Shown: positions 1-14,100 of the stretch, one piece after another
Layout: each line of letters starts with the position of its first letter
Position numbering within the stretch: the first letter of the stretch is position 1
Assembly: GCF_009914755.1 (NCBI RefSeq)
Contig: NC_060942.1
DNA from: the human T2T-CHM13v2.0 reference genome, Homo sapiens
Strand: one strand, 5' to 3'
DNA: 64,000 bases
Position numbers and translations under genes: made by a program
The notes under the pieces: generated by a model
Seen by the model: the letters and a program-made list of their open reading frames with translations, nothing else
Databases searched by the model: none
What the model was told of the DNA's origin: nothing

Positions 1-3000
1 CTATGGTGGAAAAGGAAATATCTTCACATAAAAACTACATAGAAGCATTCTGAGAAAGATTTTGTGATGTGCCCATTCATCACCCAGAGTTGAATCTTTC
101 TTTTGAAGGACCAGTTTTGAAATACTCTATTTGTAGAATCTTCAAGTGGACATTTTGAGCGCCTTGAGGCCTATGGTTTAAAAGGAAATATCTTCACATA
201 AAAACTAGACAGAAGAGTTCTGAGAAACTTCTTTGTGATGTGTGCACTCATATCACAAAGTTGGACCTTTCTTTTCATTGAGCAGTTTGGAAACACTGTT
301 TTTGTAGAATCTGCAACTGGACATTTGGAGAGCTTTAAGGCCTATCTTTGAAAAGGAAATATCTTCACATAAAAACTAGACAGAAGAATTCTGAGAAATT
401 TCTTTGTGAGGTGTGCATTCATGTCACAGAGTAAAACATTTTATTTGATTGAGCAGTTTTGGAACTCTTTTTTCATTGAATCTGCAAGTGGACATTTGGA
501 GCGCTTTGCGGCCTCTGGTGGAAAAGGAAATACCTTCACATAAAAACTAGACAGAAGAATTCTGAGAAACTTCTTCATGATGTGTGCGTTCATGTTACAG
601 AGTTGAAACTTTCTTTTGATTGAGAAGTTTGGAAACATTCTTTTGTAGAATGTGTAAGTGGATATTTGGAGCACTTGGTGACCTATGATAGAAAAGGAAA
701 TATCTTCACATAAAATCTAGACAGAAGAAATCTGAGAAACTTGTTTGTGATGTGTGCATTCATCTAACAGAGTTAAAACTTTCTCTTTATTGAGCAGTTT
801 TGAAACTCTCTTTTTTTAGAATCTGCATGTGGACATTTGGAGCGCTTTGAGGCCTATGGTGGTAAAGGAAATATCTTCACATAAAAACTAGTTAGAAGCA
901 TTCTGAGAAACCTCTTTGTGATGTGTGGGTTCATATCACAGAGTTGAAACTTTCTTTTGATTGACCAGTTCGGAATCACTCCTTTTTTTATAATCTGCAC
1001 GTGGATATTTGGAGTGCTTTGCATCCTGTGGTAGAAAAGGAAATTTCTTCACATAAAATGTAGACAGAAGCAATCTGAGAAACGTCTTTGTGATGAGTGC
1101 ATTCGTCTCACAGATTTAAACCTTTCTTTGGATTGAGCAGTTTTTAAACTACCTTTTTGTAGAATCTGCAAGTGGACATTTGGAGTGCTTTGAGGCCAAT
1201 GTTGGAAAAGGATATATCTTCACATAAAAGCTACACAGAAGAATTCTGAGAAACTTCTTTGTGATGGGTGCATTCACCTCACAGAGTTGAACCTTCCTTT
1301 TGATTGAGCAGTTTGGAAACCCTCTTTTTGTGGAAACTGCAAGTGGATATTTGGAGGAATTTGTGGCCTATGCTAGAAAAGGAAATATCTTCACATAAAA
1401 TTCAGACAGAAGCAATCTGAGAAACTTCTTTGTGATGTGTGCATGCATCTCACCGAGTTAAACCATTCTTTTGATTGAGCAGTTTTGAATCTCTCTTTTT
1501 TTAGAATCTGGAAGTAGACATTTGGAGCTGTTTCAGGCCAATGGTGGAAAAGGAAGTATCGTCACATAAAAACTAGCCAGAAGATTTCTGAGAAACTACT
1601 TTGTGATGTGTACATTCATCTCGTAGAGTTGAACCTTTTTTTTGATTGAGCAGTTTGGAAACACTCTTTTTGTAGAATTTGCAAGTGGACATTTGGAGTG
1701 CTTTGAGGCCTGTGGTGGAAAAGGAAATGTCTTCACATAAAAACTAGACAGAAGAATTCTGAGAAACTTCTTTGTGATGCGTGCATTCATCCCACAGAGT
1801 TGAACTTTTTTTTTGATTGAGCAGTTTGGAAACACTCTTTTTGTAGAATCTGCATGTGGACATTTGGAGCACTTTGAGGCATGTGGTGGAAAAGGAAATA
1901 TCTTCACATAAAACCTAGACAGAAGCAATCAGAGAAACTTATTTGTGATGTGTGCATTCATCCCACAGAGTTGAAACTTCCTTTTCATTGATCAGTTTGG
2001 AATCACTCTTTTTGTAGAATGTGCAAGTGGACATTTGGAGCGCTTTGCGGACTATGGTAGAAAAGGAAATATCTTCACATTAAATCTAGACAGAAGCAAT
2101 CTGAGAAATTTCTTTGAGATGTGTGCATTCGTCTCACAGAGTTAAACCTTCCTTTTGATAGAGCAGTATTGAAACTCTCTTTTTGTAGAATCTGCAAGTG
2201 GACATTTGGAGTGCTTTCAGGCCTACGGTGGAAAAGGAAATATCGTCACATAACAACTAGACAGAAGAATTCGGAAAAACTTCTTTGTGATGTGTGCTTT
2301 CATCTCACAGAATTGAGCCTTTCTTTTGATTGAGCAGTGTTGAAACCCTCTTTTTGTAGAATCTGCAAATTGTCAATTGGAGTGCTTTGAGGCCTATGGT
2401 GGAAAAGGAATTTATCTTCACATAAAAACTAGAGAGAAGAATTCTGACAAACTTCTTTATGATGTGTGTGTTCATTTCACAGAGTTGAAACTTTCTTTTG
2501 ATTGAGCAGCTTGGAAAGAGTCTTTTTGTAGAATATGCAAGTGGACGTTTGGAGTGCTTTTTGGCCTATGGACGAAAACAAAATATCTTCATATAAAATC
2601 TAGACAGTAGCAATCTGAGAACTTCTTTGTAATGTGTGCATTCAACTCAGAGAGTTAAAACTTCATTTGATTGAGCAGTTTTGAAACTCTCTTTTTGTAG
2701 ATTCTGCAAGTGGACATTTGGAGAGCTTTGAGGCTTATGGTGGAAAAGGAAATATCTTCACATTAAAAGTAGACAGAAGAATTCCGACAAACTTCTTTGA
2801 GATGCGTGAATTAATCTCTCAAAGTTGAACCTTTCTTTTGATTGAGCAGTTTGGAAGCACTCTTTTTGTAGAATCTGTAAGTAGACATTTGCAGCGCTTT
2901 GCAGCCTATGGTAGAAAAGGAAATAACTTCACATAAAATCTAGACAGAAGCAATCTGAGAAACTTCTTTGTGATGTGTGCTTTCATCTAACAGAGTTAAA

Positions 3001-3936
3001 CATTTATTTTGACTGAGGAGTTTTGAAACTCTCTTTTAGTAGAATCTGCAAGTGAACATTTGGAGCACTTTTAGGCCTAGGGTGGAAAAGAAACTATCTT
3101 CACATAAAAACTAGACAGAAGAATTCTGATAAACTTCTTTGTGATGCATGAGTTCATCTGACAGAGTTGAACTGTTCTTTCGATTGAGGAGTTTGGAAAC
3201 ACTCTATTTTTAGAATCTGGAAGTGGACACTTGGAGCACTTTGAGGCCTATGGTGGAAAAGGAAATATCTTCACATAAAGTCTAACAGAAGCAATCTGAG
3301 AAACTTCACTGTGATGTGCGCATTCATCTCACAGAGTTGAACCATTCTTTTCATTGAGCACTTTTGAAACTCTCTTTTTGTAAAATGTGCAAGTGGAATT
3401 TCGGAGCACTTTGAGGCCTATGGTGGAAAGGAAATGTCTTCACATAAAAACTAGACAGAAGAATTCTGAGAAAGGTTTTGTGATGTGTGCGTTCAGCTCA
3501 CAGAGTTGAACTTTTCTTCTGATTGAGCATTTTTGAAACACTCTTTTTGTAGAATCTGCAAGTGGATATTTGGTGTCATTTGTAGCCTATTGTATAAAAG
3601 GAAATATCTTCACATAAAATCTAGACAGAAACAGTCTCAGAAACTTGTTTGTGATTGGCGCATTCATCTCACAGAGTTAACCCTTTATTTTGATTGAGCA
3701 GTTTTGAGACTCTCTTTTTGTAGAATCTGCAAGTGGAACTTTGGAGCGCTTTGAAGACTATGGTGGAAAAGGAAATATCTTCACATAAAAACTAGACAGA
3801 AGAATTCTGACAAACTTCTTTGAGATGTGTGCGTTCATGTCACAGAGTTGAACATTTCTTTTGATTGAGCAGTTTCAAAACACTGTTTTTGTAGTATCTG
3901 CAAATGGACATTTGGTGCGCTTTGTGTCCTATGGTA

Positions 3937-6900
3937 GAAAATGAAATACCTTCACATAAAAACTAGACAGAAGAAATCTGAGAAACTTCTTTGTGATGTG
4001 TGCATTCATCTCACAGAGTTAAACCTTTCTTTAGATTCAGCAGTTTTGAAACTCTCTTTTTGTAGAATCTGGAAGTGGACATTTGGAGCGCATTGAGGCC
4101 TATGGTGGGAAAGGAAATATCTTCACATAAAAACTAGACAGAAGAATTCTGACAAACTACTTTGAGGTGCGTGCATTCATCTCACAGAGCTGAACCTTTC
4201 TTTTGATTGAGCAGTTTGGAAACACTCTTTTTGTAGAATCTGCTAGTGGACATTTGGTACACTTTGTGGCCTATGGTAGAAAATGAAATATCTTCACATA
4301 AAATCTAGACAGAAGCAATCTGAGAAACTTCTTTGTGATGTGTGCATTCATCTCACAGAGTTAAACTTTTGTTTTGATTGAGAAGTTTTGAAACTCTCTT
4401 TTTGTAGAATCTTCAAGTGGATATTTGGAGCACTTTGGCACCTATGGTGGAAAAGCAAATATCTTCACATAAAAACTAAACAGAAGAATTCTGAGAAACT
4501 TCTTTGAGATGCGCGAGTTCATCTCACGGAGTTGAACATTTCTTTCGATGGAGCAGCTTGGAAACACTCTTTTTGTAGAATCTGTGAGTGGACATTTGGT
4601 GCGCTTTGTGGCCTATGGTAGAAAATGAAATATCTTCACATAAAATCTAGACAGAAGCAATCTGAGAAACTTCTTCATGATGTGTGAACTCATCTCACAG
4701 AGTTAAACTTTTATTTTGATTGAGAAGTTTTGAAACTCTCTTTTTGTAGAATCTGCAAGTGGACATTTGGAGCACTTTGAGACCTATGGTGGAAAAGGAA
4801 ATATCTTTACATAAAAACTAGACAGAAGAATTCTGAGAAACTTCTTTGTGATGTGTGCGTTCATCTCACAGAGTGGAAACTTTCTTTTGTTTGAGCAGTT
4901 TGGAAACACTCTTTTTGTGGAATATACAGGTGGACATTTGGAGCACTTTGCGGCCTATGGCAGAAAAGGAATTATCCTCTCGTAAAATCTAGACGGAAGC
5001 AATCTGAGAAACTACTTTGTGATGTGTGAATTCATCTCACAGAGTTAAACTTTTGTTTTGATTGAGAAGTTTTGAAACTCTCTTTTTGTAGAATCTCCAA
5101 GTGGATATTTGGAGCACTTTGACACCTATGGTGGAAAAGCAAATATCTTCACATAAAAACTAAACAGAAGAATTCTGAGAAACTTCTTTGAGATGCGCGA
5201 GTTCATCTCACAGAGTTGAACCTTTCTTTTGATTGAGCAGCTTGGAAACACTCTTTTTGTAGAATCTGTGAGTGGACATTTGGTGCGCTTTGTGGCCTAT
5301 GGTAGAAAATGAAATATCTTCACATAAAATCTAGACAGAAACAATCTGAGAAACTTCTTCATGATGTGTGAACTCATCTCACAGAGTTAAACTTTTATTT
5401 TGATTGAGAAGTTTTGAAACTCTCTTTTTGTAGAATCTGCAGGTGGACATTTGGAGCACTTTGAGACCTATGGTGGAAAAGGAAATATCTTTACATAAAA
5501 ACTAGACAGAAGAATTATGAGAAACTTCTTTGTGATGTGTGCGTTCATCTCACAGAGTGGAAACTTTCTTTTGTTTGAGCAGTTTGGAAACACTCTTTTT
5601 GTAGAATCTGCAAGTTGACATTTGGAGCACGTTGTGGCCTATGGTAGAAAAGTAAATATCTTCACATAAAATCTAATAGAAGCAATCCGAGAAACGTCTT
5701 TTTGATGCGTGCATTCAACTCACAGAGTGAGAGCTTTCTTTTGATGGGGCAGTTTGGAAACTCTATTTTTGTAGAATCTGCAAGTGGACATTTTGAGCAC
5801 TTTGCGGCCTATGGTGGAAAAGGAAATATCTTCACATAAAAACGAGACAGAAAAATTCTGAGAAACTTTTTTGTGACGCGTGCGTTCATCTCAGAGAATT
5901 GAACTTTTCTTTCGGTTGACCAGGTTGGAAACACCCTTTTTGTAGAATCTGCAACAGGATATTTGGAGCACTTCGCGGTCTTTGGTAGAAAATGAAATAT
6001 CTTCACATAAAATCTAGACAGAAGCAATCTGAGAAACTTCTTTGTGATGTGTACGTTTATCTCCCAGAGTTGAACATTTCTATTCATGGATCAGTTTTGA
6101 CATACGCTTTTTGTAGAATCTGCAAGTGGAGATTTCGAGTGCCTTGAGACCTATGGTGGAAAATGAAATATCTTCATATAAAAAGTAGACAGAAAAATTC
6201 TGAGAAACGTCTTTGTGATATGTGGGTTCATCTCACAGAGTTGAAACTTTCTTTTGATTGAGCAGTTTGGAAACATGATTTTTGTAGAATCTGCAACTGG
6301 ACATTCGGAGCACTTTGAGGCATATGGTGGTTAACGAATTATCTTTACATAATAACTGGACAAAAGCATTCTGAGAAACTTCTTTGTGATGTGTGTGTTC
6401 ATCTCTCAGAGTTAAACATTTCTTTTGATTGAGCAGTTTTGAAACTCTCTTTTTGAAGAGTCTTCAAGTGGACATTTGGAGGGCTTCACTGCCTGTGGTA
6501 GAAAAGGAACTTTCTTCACATAAAATCTAGACAGCAGCTATCTGAGAAACTTCTTTGTGATGCCTGCATTCATTTCACAGAATTGAACATTTCTTTTGAC
6601 TGAGCAGTTTGGAAACACCCTTTCTTTAGAAGCTGCAATTGGACATTTGAAGAGCTTTGTGGCCTATGGTAGAAAAGGAAATACCTTCACATAAAATCTA
6701 GGCAGAATCAGTCTGAGAAACATCTTTGTTATGTCTGCATTCATCTCAGAGAGTTAAAACTTTCTTTTGAATGAGCAGTTTTGAAACTCTCTTTTTGTAG
6801 AATCTGCAAGTGGACATTTGAAGTGCTTTGAGGCCTATAGTGGAAAAGGAAATATCTTCACATAAAAACTAGACAGAAGAATTCTGAGAAACTTCTTGAT

Positions 6901-7357
6901 GATGTGTGCGTTCATCTCACAGAGTTGAAACTTTCTTTTGACTGAGCAGTTCGGAAACACTCTTTTTCCAGAATCTGCAAGGGGACAATTTGGAGTGCTT
7001 AGTGCCCTATGGTAGAAAAGGAAACATCTTTACATAATATCTAGACAGAAGTAGTCTGAGATACTTCTTTGTGATGTGTGCATTCATCTCACAGAGTTAA
7101 ACGTTTCTTTTGATAGAGCAGTTTAGAAACTCTCTTTTTGTGGAATCTGCAAGTGGACATTTGGAGCGCTTTGAGGCCTACTGTGGAAAAGGTAATATCT
7201 TCAAATAAAAACTAGACAGAGAAATTCTGAAAAACTACGTTGTGATGTGTGCATTCATCTCCCAGAGTTGAATCTTTCTTTTGATGGATCAGCTTTGAAA
7301 TAGTCTTTTTTGTAGAATCTGCAATTGGACATCTAAAGAGACTTGATGCCTACGGTG
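3937..7357 (+). repeat. HOR copy 1, 20-mer structural variant (M1-6, M7/3 hybrid, M4, M5, M6/12 hybrid, M13-22)
   Basis: M3-M6 markers appear twice (CTGTGAGTGG at ~4582 and ~5266; CTTCATGATGTGTGAACTC at ~4673 and ~5356). M8-M11 markers (GACGTTAAGA, TATCATCCAG, GGCACCAAAG) are absent. Confidence 0.92.
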
Positions 7358-10300
7358 GAAAATGAAATACCTTCACATAAAAACTAGACAGAAGAAAACT
7401 GAGAAACTTCTTTGTGATGTGTGCATTCATCTCACAGAGTTAAACCTTTCTTTAGATTCAGCAGTTTTGAAACTCTCTTTTTGTAGAATCTGGAAGTGGA
7501 CATTTGGAGCACATTGAGGCCTATGGTGGAAAAGGAAATATCTTCACATAAAAACTAGACAGAAGAATTCTGACAAACTACTTTGAGGTGCGTGCATTCA
7601 TCTCACAGAGCTGAACCTTTCTTTTGATTGAGCAGTTTGGAAACACTCTCTTTGTAGAATCTGCTAGTGGACATTTGGTGCACTTTGTGGCCTATGGTAG
7701 AAAATGAAATATCTTCACATAAAATCTAGACAGATGCAATCTGAGAAACTTCTTTGTGATGTGTGCATTCATCTCACGGAGTTAAACTTTTGTTTTGATT
7801 GAGAAGTTTTGAACCTCTCTTTTTGTAGAATCTCCAAGTGGATATTTGGAGCACTTTGACACTTATGGTGGAAAAGCAAATATCTTCACATAAAAACTAA
7901 ACAGAAGAATTCTGAGAAACTTCTTTGAGATGCATGAGTTCATCTCACGGAGTTGAACCTTTCTTTTGATTGAGCAGCTTGGAAAGTCTCTTTTTGTAGA
8001 ATCTGTGAGTGGACATTTGGTGCGCTTTGTGGCCTATCGTAGAAAATGAAATATCTTCACATAAAATCTAGACAGAAGCAATCTGAGAAACTTCTTCATG
8101 ATGTGTGAACTCATCTCACAGAGTTAAACTTTTATTTTGATTGAGAAGTTTTAAAACTCTCCTTTTGTAGAATCTGCAAGTGGACATTTGGAGCACTTTG
8201 AGACCTATGGTGGAAAAGGAAATATCTTTACATAAAAACTAGACAGAACAATTCTGAGAAACTTCTTTGTGATGTGTGCGTTCATCTCACAGAGTGGAAA
8301 CTTTCTTTTGTTTGAGCAGTTTGGAAACACTCTTTTTGTGGAATGTACATGTGGACATTTGGAGCACTTTGCGGCCTATGGCAGAGAAGGAATTGTCCTC
8401 TCATAAAATCTAGACAGAAGCAATCTGAGAAACTTCTTTCTGATGTTTGCATTCATCTCAGAGAGTTAAAGCTTTCTTTTGATTGAGCAGTTTTGAAACT
8501 CTCTTTCCGTAGAATCTGCAAGCGGACATTTGGAGCGCTTTGAGGCGTATGGTGGAAAAGGAAATATCTTGACGTTAAGACTAGACAGAAGAATTCTGAC
8601 AAACTTCTTCGAGATGCGTGTGTTCATCTCACAGAGTTAAACCTTTCTTTTGATTGAGCAGTTTCGAAACACTCTTTTTGTATCATCCAGAAGGGGACAT
8701 TTGGAACGCTTTGCAGATTATGGTAGGAAAGGAAATAACTTCATATGAAATCTGGACAGAAGCAATCTGAGAAACTATTTTGTGATGTGTGCATTCATCT
8801 CACAGAGTTAAACCTTTCTTTTGATTGAGCAGTTTTGAAACTCGCATTTTGTAGAATCTGCAAGTGGACATTTGGAATGCTTTGAAGCCTATGGAGGAAA
8901 AGGAAATATCTTCACATAAAAACCAGACAGAAGAATTCTGAGAAACTTCTTTGTGATGTGTTGTTCATCTCACAGAGTTGAACTTGGTTTTGATTAAGCA
9001 GTTTGGAAACACTCTTTTAGTAGAATCTGCAAGTGGACATTTGGAGCGGTTTGTGGCCGATGGCACCAAAGAAAATATCTTCACATAAAATGTAGACAGG
9101 AGCAATCTGAGAAACTGCTTTGTGATGTGTACATTCATCTCATAGAGGTAAAGCTTTCTTTTGATTGAGTCGTTTTGAAACTCTCTTTTTGAAGAATCTG
9201 CAAGTGGACATCAAGAGCGCTTGAGGCCTATGGTGGATAAGAAAATATCTGCATATAAAAACTAGACAGAAGAATTCTGAGAAACTCCTTTGTGATGTGT
9301 GCATTCATCTCGCAGAGTTGAACCTTTATTTTGATAGAGCAGTTTGGAAACACACTTTTTGTAGAATCTGCAAGTTGACATTTGGAGCACGTTGTGGCCT
9401 ATGGTAGAAAAGTAAATATCTTCACATAAAATCTAATAGAAGCAATCCGAGAAACGTCTTTTTGATGCGTGCATTCAACTCACAGAGTGAGAGCTTTCTT
9501 TTGATGGGGCAGTTTGGAATCTCTATTTTTGTAGAATCTGCAAGTGGACATTTTGAGCACATTGCGGCCAATGGTGGAAAAGGAAATACCTTCACATAAA
9601 AACGAGACAGAAAAATTCTGAGAAACTTTTTTGTGACGCGTGCGTTCATCTCAGAGAATTGAACTTTTCTTTTGGTGGACCAGGTTGGAAACACCCTTTT
9701 TGTAGAATCTGCAAGAGGACATTTGGAGCACTTTGCGGCCTTTGGTAGAAAATGAAATATCTTCACATAAAATCTAGACAGAAGCAACCTGAGAAACTTC
9801 TTTGTGATGTGTACGTTTATCTCCCAGAGTTGAACATTTCTATTCATGGATCAGTTTTGACATACGCTTTTTGTAGAGTCTGCAAGTGGAGATTTCGAGT
9901 GCCTTGAGACCTATGGCGGAAAATGAAATATCTTCATATAAAAAGTAGACAGAAAAATTCTGAGAAACGTCTTTGTGATATGTGGGTTCATCTCACAGAG
10001 TTGAAACTTTCTTTTGATTGAGCAGTTTGGAAACATGATTTTTGTAGAATCTGCAACTGGACATTCGGAGCACTTTGAGGCATATGGTGGTTAACGAATT
10101 ATCTTTACATAATAACTGGACAAAAGCATTCTGAGAAACTTCTTTGTGATGTGTGTGTTCATCTCTCAGAGTTAAACATTTCTTTTGATTGAGCAGTTTT
10201 GAAACTCTCTTTTTGAAGGATCTTCAAGTGGACATTTGGAGGGCTTCACTGCCTGTGGTAGAAAAGGAACTTTCTTCACATAAAATCTAGACAGCAGCTA

Positions 10301-11117
10301 TCTGAGAAACTTCTTTGTGATGCCTGCATTCATTTCACAGAATTGAACATTTCTTTTGACTGAGCAGTTTGGAAACACCCTTTCTTTAGAAGCTGCAATT
10401 GGACATTTGAAGAGCTTTGTGGCCTATGGTAGAAAAGGAAATACCTTCACATAAAATCTAGGCAGAATCAGTCTGAGAAACATCTTTGTTATGTCTGCAT
10501 TCATCTGAGAGAGTTAAACCTTTCTTTTGAATGAGCAGTTTTGAAACTCTCTTTTTGTAGAATCTGCATGTGGACATTTGAAGTGCTTTGAGGCCTATAG
10601 TGGAAAAGGAAATATCTTCACATAAAAACTAGACAGAAGAATGCTGAGAAACTTCTTGGTGATGTGTGCGTTCATCTCACAGAGTTGAAACTTTCTTTTG
10701 ACTGAGCAGTTCGGAAACACTCTTTTTCCAGAATCTGCAAGGGGACAATTTGGAGTGCTTAGTGCCCTATGGTAGAAAAGGAAACATCTTTACATAATAT
10801 CTAGACAGAAGTAGTCTGAGATACTTCTTTGTGATGTGTGCATTCATCTCACAGAGTTAAACGTTTCTTTTGATAGAGCAGTTTAGAAACTCTCTTTTTG
10901 TGGAATCTGCAAGTGGACATTTGGAGCGCTTTGAGGCCTACTGTGGAAAAGGTAATATCTTCAAATAAAAACTAGACAGAGAAATTCTGAAAAACTACGT
11001 TGTGATGTGTGCATTCATCTCCCAGAGTTGAATCTTTCTTTTGATGGATCAGCTTTGAAATAGTCTTTTTTGTAGTATCTGCAATTGGACATCTAAAGAG
11101 ACTTGATGTCTACGGTG
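7358..11117 (+). repeat. HOR copy 2, canonical 22-mer (used here to number M1-M22)
   Basis: 22 distinct monomers start at ~7371, 7542, 7713 ... 10960, and the next M1 starts at 11131. Confidence 0.95.
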
Positions 11118-14100
11118 GAAAATGAAATACCTTCACATAAAAACTAGACAGAAGAAATCTGAGAAACTCCTTTGTGATGTGTGCATTCATCTCACAGAGT
11201 TAAACCTTTCTTTAGATTCAGCAGTTTTGAAACACTCTTTTTGTAGAATCTGGAAGTGGACATTTGGAGCGCATTGAGGCCTATGGTGGGAAAGGAAATA
11301 TCTTCACATAAAAACTAGACAGAAGAATTCTGACAAACTACTTTGAGGTGCGTGCATTCATCTCACAGAGCTGAACCTTTCTTTTGATTGAGCAGTTTGG
11401 AAACACTCTTTTTGTAGAATCTGCTAGTGGACATTTGGTGCACTTTGTGGCCTATGGTAGAAAATGAAATATCTTCACATAAAATCTAGACAGAAGCAAT
11501 CTGAGAAACTTCTTTGTGATGTGTGCATTCATCTCACGGAGTTAAACTTTTGTTTTGATTGGGAAGTTTTGAAACTCTCTTTTTGTAGAATCTCCAAGTG
11601 GATATTTGGAGCACTTTGACACATATGGTGGAAAAGCAAATATCTTCACATAAAAACTAGACAGAAGAATTCTGACAAACTACTTTGAGGTGCGTGCATT
11701 CATCTCACGGAGTTGAACCTTTCTTTCGATTTAGCAGCTTGGAAACACTCTTTTTGTAGAATCTGTGAGTGGACATTTGGTGCACTTTGTGGCCTATGGT
11801 AGAAAATGAAATATCTTCACAAAATATCTAGACAGAAGCAATCTGAGAAAGTTCTTCATGATGTGTGAACTCTTCTCACAGAGTTAAACTTTTATTTTGA
11901 TTGAGAAGTTTTGAAACTCTCTTTTTGTAGAATCTGCAAGTGGATATTTGGAGCACTTTGAGACCTATGGTGGAAAAGGAAATATCTTTACATAAAAACT
12001 AGACAGAAGAATTCTGAGAAACTTCTTTGTGATGTGTGCGTTCATCTCACAGAGTGGAAACTTTCTTTTGTTTGAGCAGTTTGGAAACACTCTTTTTGTG
12101 GAATATACATGTGGACATTTGGAGCACTTTGCGGCCTATGGCAGAAAGGGAATTATCCTCTCGTATAATCTAGACAGAAGCAAACTGAGAAACTTCTTTC
12201 TGATGTTTGCATTCATCTCAGAGAGTTAAACCTTTCTTTTGATTGAGCAGTTTTGAAACTCTCTTTCCGTAGAATCTGCAAGCGGACATTTGTAGCGCTT
12301 TGAGGCGTATGGTGGAAAAGGAAATATCTTGACGTTAAGACTAGACAGAAGAATTCTGACAAACTTCTTCGAGATGCGTGTGTTCATCTCACAGAGTTAA
12401 ACCTTTCTTTTGATTGAGCAGTTTCGAAACACTCTTTTTGTATCATCCAGAAGGGGACATTTGGAACGCTTTGCAGATTATGGTAGGAAAGGAAGTAACT
12501 TCATATGAAATCTGGACAGAAGCAATCTGAGAAACTATTTTGTGATGTGTGCATTCATCTCACAGAGTTAAACCTTTCTTTTGATTGAGCAGTTTTGAAA
12601 CTCGCATTTTGTAGAATCTGCAAGTGGACATTTGGAATGCTTTGAAGCCTATGGAGGAAAAGGAAATATCTTCACATAAAAACCAGACAGAAGAATTCTG
12701 AGAAACTTCTTTGTGATGTGTGGTTCATCTCACAGAGTTGAACTTGGTTTTGATTAAGCAGTTTGGAAACACTCTTTTAGTAGAATCTGCAAGTGGACAT
12801 TTGGAGCGGTTTGTGGCCGATGGCACCAAAGAAAATATCTTCACATAAAATGTAGACAGGAGCAATCTGAGAAACTGCTTTGTGATGTGTACATTCATCT
12901 CATAGAGGTAAAGCTTTCTTTTGATTGAGTCGTTTTGAAACTCTCTTTTTGAAGAATCTGCAAGTGGACATCAAGAGCGCTTGAGGCCTATGGTGGAAAA
13001 GAAAATATCTGCATATAAAAACTAGACAGAAGAATTCTGAGAAACTCCTTTGTGATGTGTGCATTCATCTCGCAGAGTTGAACCTTTATTTTGATAGAGC
13101 AGTTTGGAAACACACTTTTTGTAGAATCTGCAAGTTGACATTTGGAGCACGTTGTGGCCTATGGTAGAAAAGTAAATATCTTCACATAAAATCTAATAGA
13201 AGCAATCCGAGAAACGTCTTCTTGATGCGTGCATTCAACTCACAGAGTGAGAGCTTTCTTTTGATGGGGCAGTTTGGAATCTCTATTTTTGTAGAATCTG
13301 CAAGTGGACATTTTGAGCACTTTGCGGCCTATGGTGGAAAAGGAAATACCTTCACATAAAAACGAGACAGAAAAATTCTGAGAAACTTCTTCGTGACGCG
13401 TGCGTTCATCTCCGAGAATGGAACTTTTCTTTTGGTGGACCAGGTTGGAAACACCCTTTTTGTAGAATCTGCAAGAGGACATTTGGAGCACTTTGCGGCC
13501 TTTGGTAGAAAATGAAATATCTTCACATAAAATCTAGACAGAAGCAATCTGAGAAACTTCTTTGTGATGTGTACGTTTATCTCCCAGAGTTGAACATTTC
13601 TATTCATGGATCAGTTTTGACATCCGCTTTTTGTAGATTCTGCAAGTGGAGATTTCGAGTGCCTTGAGACCTATGGCGGAAAATGAAATATCTTCATATA
13701 AAAAGCAGACAGAAAAATTCTGAGAAACGTCTTTGTGATATGTGGGTTCATCTCACAGAGTTGAAACTTTCTTTTGATTGAGCAGTTTGGAAACATGATT
13801 TTTGTAGAATCTGCAACTGGACATTCGGAGCACTTTGAGGCATATGGTGGTTAACGAATTATCTTTACATAATAACTGGACAAAAGCATTCTGAGAAACT
13901 TCTTTGTGATGTGTGTGTTCATCTCTGAGTTAAACATTTCTTTTGATTGAGCAGTTTTGAAACTCTCTTTTTGAAGAATCTTCAAGTGGACATTTGGAGG
14001 GCTTCACTGCCTGTGGTAGAGAAGGAACTTTCTTCACATAAAATCTAGACAGCAGCTATCTGAGAAACTTCTTTGTGATGCCTGCATTCATTTCACAGAA

